This document shows, in pieces, positions 47,448 through 58,071 of a stretch of DNA of 64,000 nt (position 1 is the first letter of the stretch; each line of letters opens with the position of its first letter). The stretch spans positions 129,583 to 193,582 of the forward strand of contig JBGSQF010000013.1 in assembly GCA_041738235.1 (NCBI GenBank), given 5' to 3'. The notes beneath the pieces were generated by a model, which did no database searches, was not told the origin of the DNA, and saw only the letters and a program-made list of their open reading frames with translations. The DNA comes from Minisyncoccia bacterium (GTDB taxonomy: Bacteria; Patescibacteriota; Minisyncoccia; Moranbacterales; GCA-2747515). A program made the position numbers and the translations under genes.

Positions 47448-48236
47448 TTATACACCAAGAACCCTCGGGAGTTCCTGTGTGCTGAAAAAGTCATCAAAAA
47501 ATTGAGAAAGAGCGTCTGTCACTCTACTTGTGACCTCAGAAGTGTAAAACTGCTCTTCACCTCCTTTCTCAGACGCAATTCTCTCAATAAGAAGCTCATC
47601 CTCACCAAGCTGATTTGAAGGATATCGGTAAAGATTTAAAATAAGATTGACCTTTTTTATGCAAACTCTATTTGAGTCAAAGTACATAGAATTCATCTTG
47701 TCTATAAATTCTCGTTTGAGTCCTTCTCTGAATTCTTCTCCTGGATACTCCAGTTCATCCTCATCAAGTTCCGTCTCATGTTCAACAGCCTCACGGCGCA
47801 TCTTGTTCTCACGACACGTTCCCCACAAGAAGTTCATACGCATCCTGGAAAAATAAAATACATACCCCAGTTGCAAGTCGCTTACAGCATGCCCGGATTG
47901 AAATAAGGTGTTTATCTTTTCTGTGAAGAGATCACAAGAAGTGGAAAATCTTTTGTATCTGCTTCTACTCAATTGAGAAAACGAATCCTCGAATTTTCGC
48001 AAAGCAAGTCCCTCTGGATAGATATCAGCAGCAAGTCCGGAATCAAAGATATGACCCATTCGATCTTGTTTCCCTAATATTTCAGGAACTTGAGTAAGAT
48101 ACTCTTCTAAATGTGCGGAATTCTCGATCTCCTCCGGAAATAATGCTTGTAACAAAAAAATAGAATCTTTTTGAAAGTCAGCAAGAGCACGGAGCAACTG
48201 TTCTGGAGCCTCTGTTATTGAGGGTACTTCGCGCAT
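47448..48236 (-). CDS. Hypothetical protein.
   Basis: A 262-aa acidic protein with no recognisable domain. A terminator lies downstream. Confidence 0.5.
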   Translation of the reverse strand: MREVPSITEAPEQLLRALADFQKDSIFLLQALFPEEIENSAHLEEYLTQVPEILGKQDRMGHIFDSGLAADIYPEGLALRKFEDSFSQLSRSRYKRFSTSCDLFTEKINTLFQSGHAVSDLQLGYVFYFSRMRMNFLWGTCRENKMRREAVEHETELDEDELEYPGEEFREGLKREFIDKMNSMYFDSNRVCIKKVNLILNLYRYPSNQLGEDELLIERIASEKGGEEQFYTSEVTSRVTDALSQFFDDFFSTQELPRVLGV

Positions 48237-48275
48237 AGCTTCAAAAATTGGTTAGATTTATAATCTCCGCACAGA

Positions 48276-50225
48276 TCAGCTGGCTCCGCCACCTCCTCCG
48301 CCACCTCCTCCGCCAGCACTCCCTCCTCCTCCGGAGGCCCCACCACCTCCAGATTGAGCCAGAGATGAGGATAAACTCGAACTCAGTGATGCAGAGAATG
48401 CTCCAGCAGAAAATGAAGAGGTAGATGAAAAAGAGGACCCTGTTGTAGAAGAAGACGCATACCAATTTGGTGGAGTTGTGGCTATGTTTTGAAATGCTTT
48501 CGCCCACGCCTTTTCTACTCCAAATATCATAGCGTACGGCAAAAATCTCTCAAAAATCTCCGGTGTCAGATCTTGCATACGGTATCGCTCCGCAGTGTAG
48601 AGATACTGCTTGAACCCCAGCCACTTTTCCTTAAAAATATTTCCCTGTTGGCTGAGACGCGCTTCAAAGAAGACAAAATATCCAATAAGCATCCCCACGC
48701 CAAGAACCGAGAGTATAAGAAAAACAATATGGCCCAAAACAAAGAACATAAAAAAGAGAAAAAAAAGTACTGAAAATGCTACCAAAAGAACTGCTTTTCC
48801 CCAATACTCATGACGAATAGTTTTTTTCCGTTCATACATGCCCAGATCTGAAACATTTTTAAGTAATGTCTTTTGTAGTTTTGTGAACAAAAGAGATACT
48901 TTTTGTGAAAGCGTAGAATTTTCACGAATATCGCGTGTTGAAAAATGCCTTAATTCTCCCGAAGAAAAAAAGAGGATATTGATAAGATCTTTTTCATAGG
49001 GTTTTAATGTATTTGATCCTATGTTATACGTTTCTTCGTTAAGGATCAATTGGTAATCCCTCGATTCAGTAACTCCGCGAATACTGAAAATAAGACGAAT
49101 AATGATCAGTACTAATATGATCCCATAGGGAAGTAGTATATGTAGCATGTTTATAAGAAAACCGTAATTTGAATAAAACGAAAATCCATCTTTGAGTAGA
49201 AACCAAAAAAATCCAACTATAAGAATAGTTATTACTATTTGAACAATCTTTTTAAGTTTCGGATAGATAGGTTTTTCCTCTTGAATTTTCAAAAATCCAC
49301 GAACCGCCAAATCGACAATAGTGGCAGGCCAAGTATCGCGAGTCGTTTTCTCTTTTACGATCACTTCACCCATTGCCGGCGGAAGTCCTTCGGGTGGTTC
49401 GTATTCAGCTATGATCGTACCCCTTCCTTTTTTCCAACGTTCACCAAAAAACCAATATACAAAACAAAATATAACAGCAAATATCCAAATGACACCAGAG
49501 GCGATATACCCCCAATACGTTTCTAAAAAGAATTTCCAATACTGCTTTTGGTCTACTACACCCTTAGGCCAACCAAAGGCAACGGTAAATTTTGCCTGAG
49601 GTTGCAACTGAGAAGCTTGTGCCTTGATCGAGTTACCACTCACGACCTTGGAAGAAGACGCGACTCCCCCAGAAAGATACTCGGTGATCTGTAGATCCTC
49701 CTCGGAAACCTCTTTCGGGAGCGTTATTTTGACCTGAGAACTCCCAATATTGGTGTCATAATCTGTAAGTATGTTCCAATATAGTTCATCGTGATCTTTA
49801 TAAAAAGACAGTCCTCCTACAACCGTATAACTGATTATCCACGACCGAATCTCATCATTAGCATTAAAATACCACTCTATCTCCATTGAACCAGCGTTCT
49901 TGTGGAATGTATATTTCCCTTCAGAGTCTAGGTCAAGCGGATCTAGCTGCTTTGGAGAATACACCAAAAAGGTCCTGGTTCTTTCGTCAAATACCTTTAT
50001 ATTTCGTATATCATCGATCTTATTAAATGGTATGGAACGCCATCCTTTGTGAAATTCTCCTTCAAATTTGTATGTTTGTGTCTCCTGAACATCAAAAGTA
50101 GTATCTTGATTGATCTGTATATCCTCACTAATATTCGTGTAGGTATATGACTTCGCATACACCGAAGAGAATGCACAAAAGAACATGCAAAAAATAGAAA
50201 AAGCAAGGGGTATATATTTTTTCAT
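48276..50225 (-). CDS. DUF2207-like membrane protein with a Gly/Ser-rich C-terminal tail.
   Basis: It has a signal peptide, a large extracytoplasmic domain and multiple transmembrane helices. The tail is SGGGGASGGGGSAGGGGGGGGGGAS. The architecture is recalled as typical of DUF2207. Confidence 0.65.
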   Translation of the reverse strand: MKKYIPLAFSIFCMFFCAFSSVYAKSYTYTNISEDIQINQDTTFDVQETQTYKFEGEFHKGWRSIPFNKIDDIRNIKVFDERTRTFLVYSPKQLDPLDLDSEGKYTFHKNAGSMEIEWYFNANDEIRSWIISYTVVGGLSFYKDHDELYWNILTDYDTNIGSSQVKITLPKEVSEEDLQITEYLSGGVASSSKVVSGNSIKAQASQLQPQAKFTVAFGWPKGVVDQKQYWKFFLETYWGYIASGVIWIFAVIFCFVYWFFGERWKKGRGTIIAEYEPPEGLPPAMGEVIVKEKTTRDTWPATIVDLAVRGFLKIQEEKPIYPKLKKIVQIVITILIVGFFWFLLKDGFSFYSNYGFLINMLHILLPYGIILVLIIIRLIFSIRGVTESRDYQLILNEETYNIGSNTLKPYEKDLINILFFSSGELRHFSTRDIRENSTLSQKVSLLFTKLQKTLLKNVSDLGMYERKKTIRHEYWGKAVLLVAFSVLFFLFFMFFVLGHIVFLILSVLGVGMLIGYFVFFEARLSQQGNIFKEKWLGFKQYLYTAERYRMQDLTPEIFERFLPYAMIFGVEKAWAKAFQNIATTPPNWYASSSTTGSSFSSTSSFSAGAFSASLSSSLSSSLAQSGGGGASGGGGSAGGGGGGGGGGAS

Positions 50226-50319
50226 ACAACTAGTATACCATAGACGTTTTTCTCAAGAAAGGATTGCCATAAAAAAACTCTCACCGGAGATAGAGCCGGT
50301 GAGAGTCTTTATGAAGGGA

Positions 50320-50700
50320 CTATTGGTTGTGTCTTCCCTGTCCGTTTCCAAATACCTTCATTCCAATTTCCTCACGAAGCTGTCTTGCTTCTTGATATTT
50401 CCCTTCCAATGAAAGCCTGTGCGCCTCTTGAAGCTTTGGAAACTCTGATTCCGTTACCTCATTAGCATTCGGGCGGTCGCCCATTGCCTTCTTCCAGGCG
50501 TTGTAGTCCCCACTTTCTACTGCTGCTCGGATAGCAACCCGTTCCTGTACTCTTTCAGCACGCTTCTCTTGATTTATCCCGAGATGTCTTTGTGCTTGTG
50601 AACCCATATCGGCTGAAGCAGTAAGCGAACTTCCCGCAACGGCAGCTGACATCGCTAATACCCCCAACACTGATCCAACAAAAAACTTCTTCTTGTTCAT
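50320..50700 (-). CDS. Small secreted hypothetical protein.
   Basis: It has a signal peptide (MNKKKFFVGSVLGVLAMSAAVAGS) followed by a helical charged region. It sits downstream of the sigma/anti-sigma pair. Confidence 0.5.
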   Translation of the reverse strand: MNKKKFFVGSVLGVLAMSAAVAGSSLTASADMGSQAQRHLGINQEKRAERVQERVAIRAAVESGDYNAWKKAMGDRPNANEVTESEFPKLQEAHRLSLEGKYQEARQLREEIGMKVFGNGQGRHNQ

Positions 50701-50799
50701 ATATAATTGTTTTACCGAGTTAAAAGAATCAGGTGGCCAACCCTCTGAACCCTCTCGCATTATATCCCCTATGAGTTAGTATAGGACTTGCAATCGGAC

Positions 50800-51609
50800 T
50801 CACTTATTGTTACGCACACCCCTTTGGATTTCTTTCACTCGTCCCTGACCATCAGTATGTCCTGCGCCCTGCCCAGATCCATCTCGCAACCCTCGCTTCT
50901 CAGGGGAAGGAAGGATCTTTATCCGCTGTGCCTGAAATTCTCCTTCGGATATCTCTTCACCCACTGCGCCAACGGTCATGTCTGCATGAAGATCTGGAAA
51001 TACACCATTTTCCGGGCTCGACTCGATCACTAGCCACTCTTTTCCTGAGGGATCTTGTAAAATAAATGAGTTCGTCCCATCCTCCATCTCTAATATCTCC
51101 CCAGCTATTCTTCCCTCTTCTGGATGAAACCACATCATCTCCCGCATTGTTTCCACGGGAAAATATCCTGGAATACTTTTTCCTAAGCCACGATCAACCC
51201 AGTGACTAATGCCCGTAAAGTATAAAACGCTTCCCAGTATAAGCGAAAGTGCTACATTAAAACCTACGATGCTCCACAAACGAAATCGATACCCGTTCTT
51301 TGTGTGACGAATAGCAAAATGAGCCGCTAGAAGAAAAAGAATGAATGTGATCGCCCACACAAAAGGAAACATTTTGAAAACAGCGTTCAAAAGTGATCCA
51401 TGAAGCAATCGGTATTCTACCCAATCGTCATTAAATATAAAGAGTAGTGTCAAAGAAAAAGCAATAGCTCCACTCACAACCGAAATACCTCCCAAAAACC
51501 ATAAAGCAAAGTACTTAAGAACGAACTTCCACCGTGGTATTGGATGAAGTTGTTTCTTTTCTATCTCCTCCATAACCTTTGAAACTGTTTTTTCTTGTGG
51601 TGTGGTCAT
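50800..51609 (-). CDS. Membrane protein, putative anti-sigma factor partner of the upstream ECF sigma.
   Basis: A cytoplasmic N-terminus is followed by about four transmembrane helices and an extracytoplasmic C-terminal domain. It lies immediately downstream of the ECF sigma gene with a 16-bp gap. The call rests on context only. Confidence 0.45.
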   Translation of the reverse strand: MTTPQEKTVSKVMEEIEKKQLHPIPRWKFVLKYFALWFLGGISVVSGAIAFSLTLLFIFNDDWVEYRLLHGSLLNAVFKMFPFVWAITFILFLLAAHFAIRHTKNGYRFRLWSIVGFNVALSLILGSVLYFTGISHWVDRGLGKSIPGYFPVETMREMMWFHPEEGRIAGEILEMEDGTNSFILQDPSGKEWLVIESSPENGVFPDLHADMTVGAVGEEISEGEFQAQRIKILPSPEKRGLRDGSGQGAGHTDGQGRVKEIQRGVRNNK

Positions 51610-51625
51610 ACGGGAATATAAACAT

Positions 51626-52204
51626 TTAGGACTTGGATTTTTCTTCTAAAAGAATACGTAATTTCTTCTTGGCTCGATAAAGATGTGTGGCCACTGTTCC
51701 TGCAGGCTCCTGTAAAATATCTGCTATTTCAGCGTAATCTTTTTCTTCAAAGTATCTCAATACCAAGATCTCTCTTGTTGGCTCATCCAATCTCTCGATC
51801 GCCTCTCGGATCACTTGGGCCTGGATCTCGCGATCGAGGTTGCGAGCAATATCTTCATCAGAGGCTATTTGATGCAACACGTTTTCTTCCACATCAATCC
51901 GATTGCCCTCGGGACGCACTTGTCTTTTCCGATAAGCGCTTATTGTTTGGTGATGAGCTATCCGATATATCCAAGAAGAAAATCTGAGCGAGGTGTCAAA
52001 ATCATTGAGATTGAGATACGCTTTAATAAAGACTTCCTGGACCAGATCCTCCGCCTCTTCTTTGGTCACGCCGGATATCCGTATAACATACCGAAACAGA
52101 CGCGAGGCATAGCGCTCCATCAAAATAGCAAAGTATTCTTTTTTTTCAACCGACAAAGAGACCAATTCCTCATCAGTAGCCTCTGTTTTTTTGGGGTCCA
52201 TCAA
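51626..52204 (-). CDS. ECF-subfamily RNA polymerase sigma-70 factor.
   Basis: Region 2 reads LVQEVFIKAY...FSSWIYRIAHH. Region 4 reads EILVLRYFEEKDYAEIADIL. Confidence 0.85.
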   Translation of the reverse strand: MMDPKKTEATDEELVSLSVEKKEYFAILMERYASRLFRYVIRISGVTKEEAEDLVQEVFIKAYLNLNDFDTSLRFSSWIYRIAHHQTISAYRKRQVRPEGNRIDVEENVLHQIASDEDIARNLDREIQAQVIREAIERLDEPTREILVLRYFEEKDYAEIADILQEPAGTVATHLYRAKKKLRILLEEKSKS

Positions 52205-52290
52205 TATTCGAAATTAATGTTCTTGCGATATATCGTTACATCCCACGGCCAAACGCCTTATCTCTTCTACGCAAACAAGGATGTTTTCTT

Positions 52291-54156
52291 TCACTCGACC
52301 TTTTTGACAAATAATCGAGCAGAGTTAATAAGAGGAAAAAAATCGGTAATGAAATTGTATAGCGCTGCCAATGCTGGATCAAGCACTCCAACCAAAACGA
52401 GCCCAAAGCCTAATAAGTTAGTAACAACCCATATAATAATATTCCACCGAACAACAGAGAGCGTCTTCCGTCCTAGTCGTATCAAGTAGGAAAGTCTACT
52501 GAGATCATCCTCCAAAAGGACGACATCTGCTGACTCAATGGCGATGGCCGTACCCCGAACTCCCATTGCGATCCCTACGGAAGAGCGCGCCAGAACTGGA
52601 GCATCGTTAACTCCATCACCCACCATTGCGACACTCCCTTCTTGGAGATATTTTCCAACCTCTTCTACCTTATCCTCAGGACGAAGTCCATAGCGAAATT
52701 CTTCAATGCCAAGATTCTTTGCTACATCTTTTGCTGTCTTTTCTGTATCTCCTGTAAGCATTACCACATGTTGAACACCCTCTTCTCGCAAGGCCTCAAG
52801 ACTTTCTCGTGCTCCCTCCTTTGGCGTATCTGCAACAGTGATCAGTCCAGCAAACGACCCATCAAGAAAAACAAGAAGGGTGGTCTGCCCATGATCTTCC
52901 TTTTCTTTTAAAAATTTCTGGTGTACAACCTCCTCTATTTCTAGTCCCGATGCTTGAGCTATGTCCTCATCCCCCACTGAAACACGAACTCCTTCCACCT
53001 CTCCAGTAATACCCGCTCCATCATGCACTACAACATCCACAGCTTCAGCAATATCCCTATCATACTTCTTTCGTGCATCCCGATAGACAGCCTTCCCTAC
53101 CGGATGTGCCGCATATCTTTCCAATCCCGCAACCGATCGCCAAAACACACTTTCCTCTATGCCTGGCTCAATATGTGCGTCACGAATAGAAAATGCCCCA
53201 TACGTGAGAGTTCCTGTTTTGTCCAGCACGAATGTTTTGATCTGGGCAAACGTTTCTAACCACTTTCCACCCTTAATAATGATCCCATTCCGTGCTGCCT
53301 GGCCCAATGCGGCAGAAAATGCCAATGGAATAGAAACGGCAATATCGTCTGCACATGCTACCAAAAAATAGGCAATAACCGTTGTCATATTATGCGTCAG
53401 AAAATATACGCCAATACCCCCTAGAAGAACCAGGGGAAGAAAGATCTGCGCAAATCTATCTGCCATAAGATGTGTCTTGGATTTGTTCTTCTCTGCGGCC
53501 TCAACGATCTTGACCATTCGCTCTACCGTTGAATCCTCCCCAACAGAAGTCGCCTTAACACGAACGTGTCCTCGCACAACAACTGTTATTCCCAGCACAT
53601 CATCGCCAATGCTCTTTTCTTGAAAAGCCGATTCTCCCGTCATTGAAGACGCGTCGATACTCGCCGATCCAGAAACTATAACACCGTCCACTGGAATTCG
53701 TTCTCCCTCACGAATCAGTACCACATCCCCCTTGTGAACATCATGCACGGATATGTCTTGAAGTTCTCCGTTTTTTTGTTCAATCGTTGCTCGTTCTGGA
53801 CGAAGCGAAAGTAATTCTGAAACCGCTCGACTTGCTCGACGTCGTGTGTTCCATTCAAGAATACTGGCCGACTGAAGCATGAGCACAATAAATCCGGCAG
53901 ATGCCGCGTCCACCATTCCATATGTCACCAAAAGAGCCAGCATATTAAAGGTGTCGATCGATATTCGACGCTCCTCCAGAACCGACAGAAGACCGGACCA
54001 TATCGTTGGAATTCCCCCAATAACAGCCAATATAAGCAATACCGTCTTGCCCCCAGGAACACCTATCCAGGTCACAAGTAGCCCAAACAATACCAAACAA
54101 ATAAGAACTGTCTGACGAAAAGGAGAAGAAAGAACCTTCAAAAGCTGTGAGGGCAT
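52291..54156 (-). CDS. P-type cation-transporting ATPase with no N-terminal metal-binding domain; substrate unknown.
   Basis: It contains DKTGTLT, TGES and MVGDGVNDAPVLARSSVGIAMG. The TM6 region reads ACADD instead of a CPC motif. Confidence 0.85.
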   Translation of the reverse strand: MPSQLLKVLSSPFRQTVLICLVLFGLLVTWIGVPGGKTVLLILAVIGGIPTIWSGLLSVLEERRISIDTFNMLALLVTYGMVDAASAGFIVLMLQSASILEWNTRRRASRAVSELLSLRPERATIEQKNGELQDISVHDVHKGDVVLIREGERIPVDGVIVSGSASIDASSMTGESAFQEKSIGDDVLGITVVVRGHVRVKATSVGEDSTVERMVKIVEAAEKNKSKTHLMADRFAQIFLPLVLLGGIGVYFLTHNMTTVIAYFLVACADDIAVSIPLAFSAALGQAARNGIIIKGGKWLETFAQIKTFVLDKTGTLTYGAFSIRDAHIEPGIEESVFWRSVAGLERYAAHPVGKAVYRDARKKYDRDIAEAVDVVVHDGAGITGEVEGVRVSVGDEDIAQASGLEIEEVVHQKFLKEKEDHGQTTLLVFLDGSFAGLITVADTPKEGARESLEALREEGVQHVVMLTGDTEKTAKDVAKNLGIEEFRYGLRPEDKVEEVGKYLQEGSVAMVGDGVNDAPVLARSSVGIAMGVRGTAIAIESADVVLLEDDLSRLSYLIRLGRKTLSVVRWNIIIWVVTNLLGFGLVLVGVLDPALAALYNFITDFFPLINSARLFVKKVE

Positions 54157-54173
54157 AAATAAAAGATTATAGT

Positions 54174-55457
54174 TTATTTGGAGTGTTTAACCGTCTCTAC
54201 GATATTTTGCTTCACGTCGTGAGCCACATGGTGCACATTATTTGCTATTATTTTTACTTCTCCAGCAACTCGCTTTACCCCATGACCAACTCGTTTTACC
54301 CCTTGCGTTATTCGACCCTCTCTTTTACCAGTGAGATCAGAATCTGGCTTGTTATGGACTGTTACTGAAACCACTTCTGGAGTATTTCCAAAGCGTATAG
54401 GCGGACCCCAAGTACCGATCCCATTGGTGGTATACAACGTATAATCTCCCAGTTCAAACTTTCCATAATCAAACCCCTTGTGCATATAGTGCGTGATCAG
54501 ATTGTATGGGGTCATTTGTCCAAAATGGGTATGCCCAGAAAGCTGTAATGCAATTCCCATTCGACTGATCTTTTTGATCTGCTCTGGGGTATGATTCAGA
54601 AGCAATGTCGGATATCCTTGGTATTCTGAAAAAAGCTCTCGCAACGTTTTTATAAAGTTTTTTTTCTTTCCACGATCAGGATAAGATAGCCCCACGATCT
54701 TAAGCCCCTTCACCTCTGTCACAACATTATCCAAAACCTGCAATGATGTTTCTTTGAGAACGGATAAAGCCTTCTCTACACCAAGATAGGTTTCATGATT
54801 TCCAATGATAAAAAAAATGCCGCTTTTCGCCTGTATACGAGAAATTGGCTCAATAAATGTTGAAAGCCACCCATCAGTGCCGTCGAACGTGTCGCCTGTA
54901 AACACCACTATCTCTGGCTTCTCAGCATTTGCCATTGTAGCTATCTTACGAAAGTGTTGGGCGCCGTATACCGCTCCCAAATGCACATCGGAAAGCTGAA
55001 CGATCTTCTTTCCCTCCCAATAAGGAGGGAGGTTACGAATACGAACTTCAACCTGGCGCACACGAGGGTGAAACGCATTCCAAATCCCGTACGATACTGC
55101 AAGAGCAGAAATAACAGCAAAGAAAGAGAATGTCATGCTAAGAGAGATACTTCGATCAAAAAATGCATCCATCCAAAAAACTCCCCATGTCAAGAACATT
55201 GAAAAAAAGAGAAATGAAAAATATCCCATCCAAATAGAGGAAAATAGATATAGCCAACGTGCAGGGTCACTCTCTCGATTGTGTATGATCCCAGTGGCTA
55301 GAAAGAAAACACCCGGAAAAAGAATCGCCAACAGAATTATTGCAGACGCAGATAGTCCAATACTCCAAAAAAAATCAATAGAGATAAAAAGTATCCAGTG
55401 AGCAAAAAAAACGGCTAGTGCGATAAGGGAAAATATCGAAAAATGAGCTAGCTTCAT
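54174..55457 (-). CDS. Membrane-anchored calcineurin-like metallophosphoesterase.
   Basis: It has N-terminal transmembrane helices and the GDTFDG, GNHE and GHTH motifs. The C-terminal tail is repetitive (GVKRVGHGVKRVAGEVK). Confidence 0.8.
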   Translation of the reverse strand: MKLAHFSIFSLIALAVFFAHWILFISIDFFWSIGLSASAIILLAILFPGVFFLATGIIHNRESDPARWLYLFSSIWMGYFSFLFFSMFLTWGVFWMDAFFDRSISLSMTFSFFAVISALAVSYGIWNAFHPRVRQVEVRIRNLPPYWEGKKIVQLSDVHLGAVYGAQHFRKIATMANAEKPEIVVFTGDTFDGTDGWLSTFIEPISRIQAKSGIFFIIGNHETYLGVEKALSVLKETSLQVLDNVVTEVKGLKIVGLSYPDRGKKKNFIKTLRELFSEYQGYPTLLLNHTPEQIKKISRMGIALQLSGHTHFGQMTPYNLITHYMHKGFDYGKFELGDYTLYTTNGIGTWGPPIRFGNTPEVVSVTVHNKPDSDLTGKREGRITQGVKRVGHGVKRVAGEVKIIANNVHHVAHDVKQNIVETVKHSK

Positions 55458-55478
55458 AGACGCCTCTGAGTCAAATTG

Positions 55479-55784
55479 TTATAAATTTTCTTTACGTGCG
55501 ATCAGTTGTGATTCTATATAGCCGAGCATTTGAAGATGTCTACCCCATTCGGTTCGCGTCTCACTTGGGTAACGCTCATCTAGAACCATCTGAGAAAATG
55601 ACTTCTTCGCATTCTCTATATAAGATCGGAGGTCCATAGTACTATCTTTTTCCAGTTCTGCTCGAGCGCTCTCGAGAACCCCGGTAACCACCTTCAAAGA
55701 TTCCAACATATCTTCAACGAAAACCTTATCTCTATGCAAAGCATCAAGATTCTCTGGGTTTATAGGCATCTCAACCATAAACAA
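55479..55784 (-). CDS. Hypothetical small helical protein with an Rx5H motif, possibly HEPN-like.
   Basis: A 101-aa protein containing RTEWGRH. No MNT-type partner gene lies adjacent. Confidence 0.35.
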   Translation of the reverse strand: MFMVEMPINPENLDALHRDKVFVEDMLESLKVVTGVLESARAELEKDSTMDLRSYIENAKKSFSQMVLDERYPSETRTEWGRHLQMLGYIESQLIARKENL

Positions 55785-55965
55785 AAAAGTTACTTCTAAG
55801 CAACTTCATTATATCCCATATTAAAGGATATTACCACACAAAGAACGAGAATTCGTCTCTGTCATAGCCACATGTTCATTTTTGTAAAGTTGTAGAACCA
55901 GAGCTATCAAGAACAAGAGGGCTCTCTTTAAATGAACACTCTTTGCTGTGAGAATCAATCAACAT

Positions 55966-56871
55966 CTAAACTGCCAGTCCTCTCCTCGTCTCACTACTGA
56001 AATACTGGTCAAATATCGCATTACCCAGTGAATAATAGATCATCTTTTCGTGATAAATTTCTTTTTCCTGAACCACATGAGGATGTGACCCTATCACCAT
56101 ATCCGCCCCAGCATCGATGAAGTTGTGAGCTTTTTCTCGTTGTGACTCACTTGAATGTGTTTCATATTCTATTCCCCAGTGCGTGTACACTATCACAATA
56201 TCAGACCTTGCTCTCTCCCGACCAATGTGATCTATCGTCCTTGCGATAGGAACCTCTGAGAATTGATTGTAATTGATAACAGAGATTGACACACCAGGCC
56301 GTACAATACGAACCGTATCCTCTTCTGAGTCGTCACGCACAGCACCAAAATATCCAACATTGGCTAATTGTAAAAAGTCTTTCGTTTGAGCAAGTCCCTC
56401 TACGCCAAAATTAAGAATATGGTTATTTCCAATATTCACAACTCGAATGTTTTTATCATACAGAAACCGCGCCGCTTCGGGGTCAAAGGTAAATATATAG
56501 TTGTCTGCTGATCCAAAAACACTTCCCACAGATCGAGACGGACTTCCTGTTATAGGCCCTTCAAGATTTCCAACGACTACGTCGCTTGACCCCAAGATAT
56601 TTTCGGGGTCCTTCAAAAGAGCATCGTACCCACTTTTTTTGGCCATTTCACGAATATGACGATCGAACATCATATCACCCAAGAATGTGATAGAAACGTT
56701 TCTGTTCTCCGCTCTCTCTTGTATTGGACCACTAACTCTTGATAAGACCCGAAAACGAGAGTGTAACCCCGCGCCTTCTCCTGACACAGTATCCATAACT
56801 AAAAAAACAGTAACAGCAACCAAACCAAGGAATAGTAATATTCCCCCTAGAATAAAGAAGTATTTTTTCAT
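55966..56871 (-). CDS. CapA/PgsA-family (poly-gamma-glutamate synthesis-type) metallophosphatase.
   Basis: It has an N-terminal transmembrane helix and the motifs FLGDMMFDRH, VGNLEGPIT, NIGNNHILNFG and GSHPHVVQ. Confidence 0.8.
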   Translation of the reverse strand: MKKYFFILGGILLFLGLVAVTVFLVMDTVSGEGAGLHSRFRVLSRVSGPIQERAENRNVSITFLGDMMFDRHIREMAKKSGYDALLKDPENILGSSDVVVGNLEGPITGSPSRSVGSVFGSADNYIFTFDPEAARFLYDKNIRVVNIGNNHILNFGVEGLAQTKDFLQLANVGYFGAVRDDSEEDTVRIVRPGVSISVINYNQFSEVPIARTIDHIGRERARSDIVIVYTHWGIEYETHSSESQREKAHNFIDAGADMVIGSHPHVVQEKEIYHEKMIYYSLGNAIFDQYFSSETRRGLAV

Positions 56872-56938
56872 ATCAAAACTTTCGGACTTTCGAATTGTTA
56901 AACACTACATGAGCTTTCTGTATCGATTGGTCATCATA

Positions 56939-58015
56939 TCACAAAACACCCGACCGGTGAAGTGCGCCTGAAGCATGCAAGGCAAATATATCCAGAAAAT
57001 CAAACTCTTGTTTATCAAAAGAAGAGACACTACCAAAACCAAGGAATATAAATCCCCGCAACCTAGAATCTTGTATGATAGGTAGGGTCACAAAATAATC
57101 AAGTTTCTTGTTGAGAGCGAACAGGTCCCCTTGATACCGACGAATCTCCCCATTGAGTCGATTTTTGCTCTTATTGAGAGATTTCAACATTTTTACTCTT
57201 CGAGAAGAGATGTCGGTCAACAATGAGCATTGTGACTTACTAGTGCCCCTACAGGCAAGGAGGTGGTACTTTCCTTGACCCACCGTTGAATATAGATATC
57301 CGGTCACTGCTCCAGAAACTTTCATTGCCATGCGAAGCACATAGTCTACCACATAATCCTTATCCATGCCGGGTTGAGGACATCTTTCAAGTTCCTTGAG
57401 AAGAGTGATCTTTCGATTGACTATACCCGCATTCTTATATGATTCCATAAGAAGCTGTTCGATCTGTCTCTTGGAATTTCGTCGCGTTTTCTCTAAAAGA
57501 CGTTCTGTCTTTCTGCGATCCCGAATATCTCTCAAAAAGGCCACGATCAAACCATCCGAATAGTGAGCACAATAGTGAGCGCTTACCTCAACTTCAACCG
57601 GAACACCATTTTTGTCACGATGACGTGTTAAGAATCTATCACTTCCCCGCTTTACTATTTTCTCAATGAGCTTTTTTATCCTCTCGGGCTCATGAGACAC
57701 CTGCAGATCCATCACGTTCATGCGAAGCATCTCCTTTCGAGTATACTTTAAAAGTCGACAATAAGCTTCATTTACATCGAGGATTTTCCCACTCTTACTT
57801 ACAAGCAAAAAACCATCCAACGAGTATCGAAGAATATGTTGGTACATCTTCGCCGTTTCTTTAACCATCTCGTATTCCTTCTTTCCAACCAGGTTTAGCA
57901 TACTCGACATATTGGGAGATATTACCTCACCTATCTGTACGCCACCACTCAAGAAATTTTCAGGGCAAGGGGGACCACACACTGAAACCTCAAGCCGAAT
58001 AGTCAAAACACTCAC
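56939..58015 (-). CDS. PAS-domain plus GAF-like domain regulatory protein.
   Basis: A PAS fold is seen around YQHILRYSLDGFLLVSKSGKILDVNEAYCRLL. The C-terminal region is GAF-like. The true start may be an internal Met (MSSMLNLV). Confidence 0.55.
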   Translation of the reverse strand: MSVLTIRLEVSVCGPPCPENFLSGGVQIGEVISPNMSSMLNLVGKKEYEMVKETAKMYQHILRYSLDGFLLVSKSGKILDVNEAYCRLLKYTRKEMLRMNVMDLQVSHEPERIKKLIEKIVKRGSDRFLTRHRDKNGVPVEVEVSAHYCAHYSDGLIVAFLRDIRDRRKTERLLEKTRRNSKRQIEQLLMESYKNAGIVNRKITLLKELERCPQPGMDKDYVVDYVLRMAMKVSGAVTGYLYSTVGQGKYHLLACRGTSKSQCSLLTDISSRRVKMLKSLNKSKNRLNGEIRRYQGDLFALNKKLDYFVTLPIIQDSRLRGFIFLGFGSVSSFDKQEFDFLDIFALHASGALHRSGVL

Positions 58016-58071
58016 AATTTTAATACAGAGATCTGGTATTTTTCTTTCAAAAAAATGGAAATTTTATAGTA

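Noticed and set aside
48241-48507. An 88-aa Arg/Trp-rich ORF.
   Set aside because: It is an alternative-frame translation of the Gly/Ser-rich tail region of the DUF2207 gene and its downstream flank.
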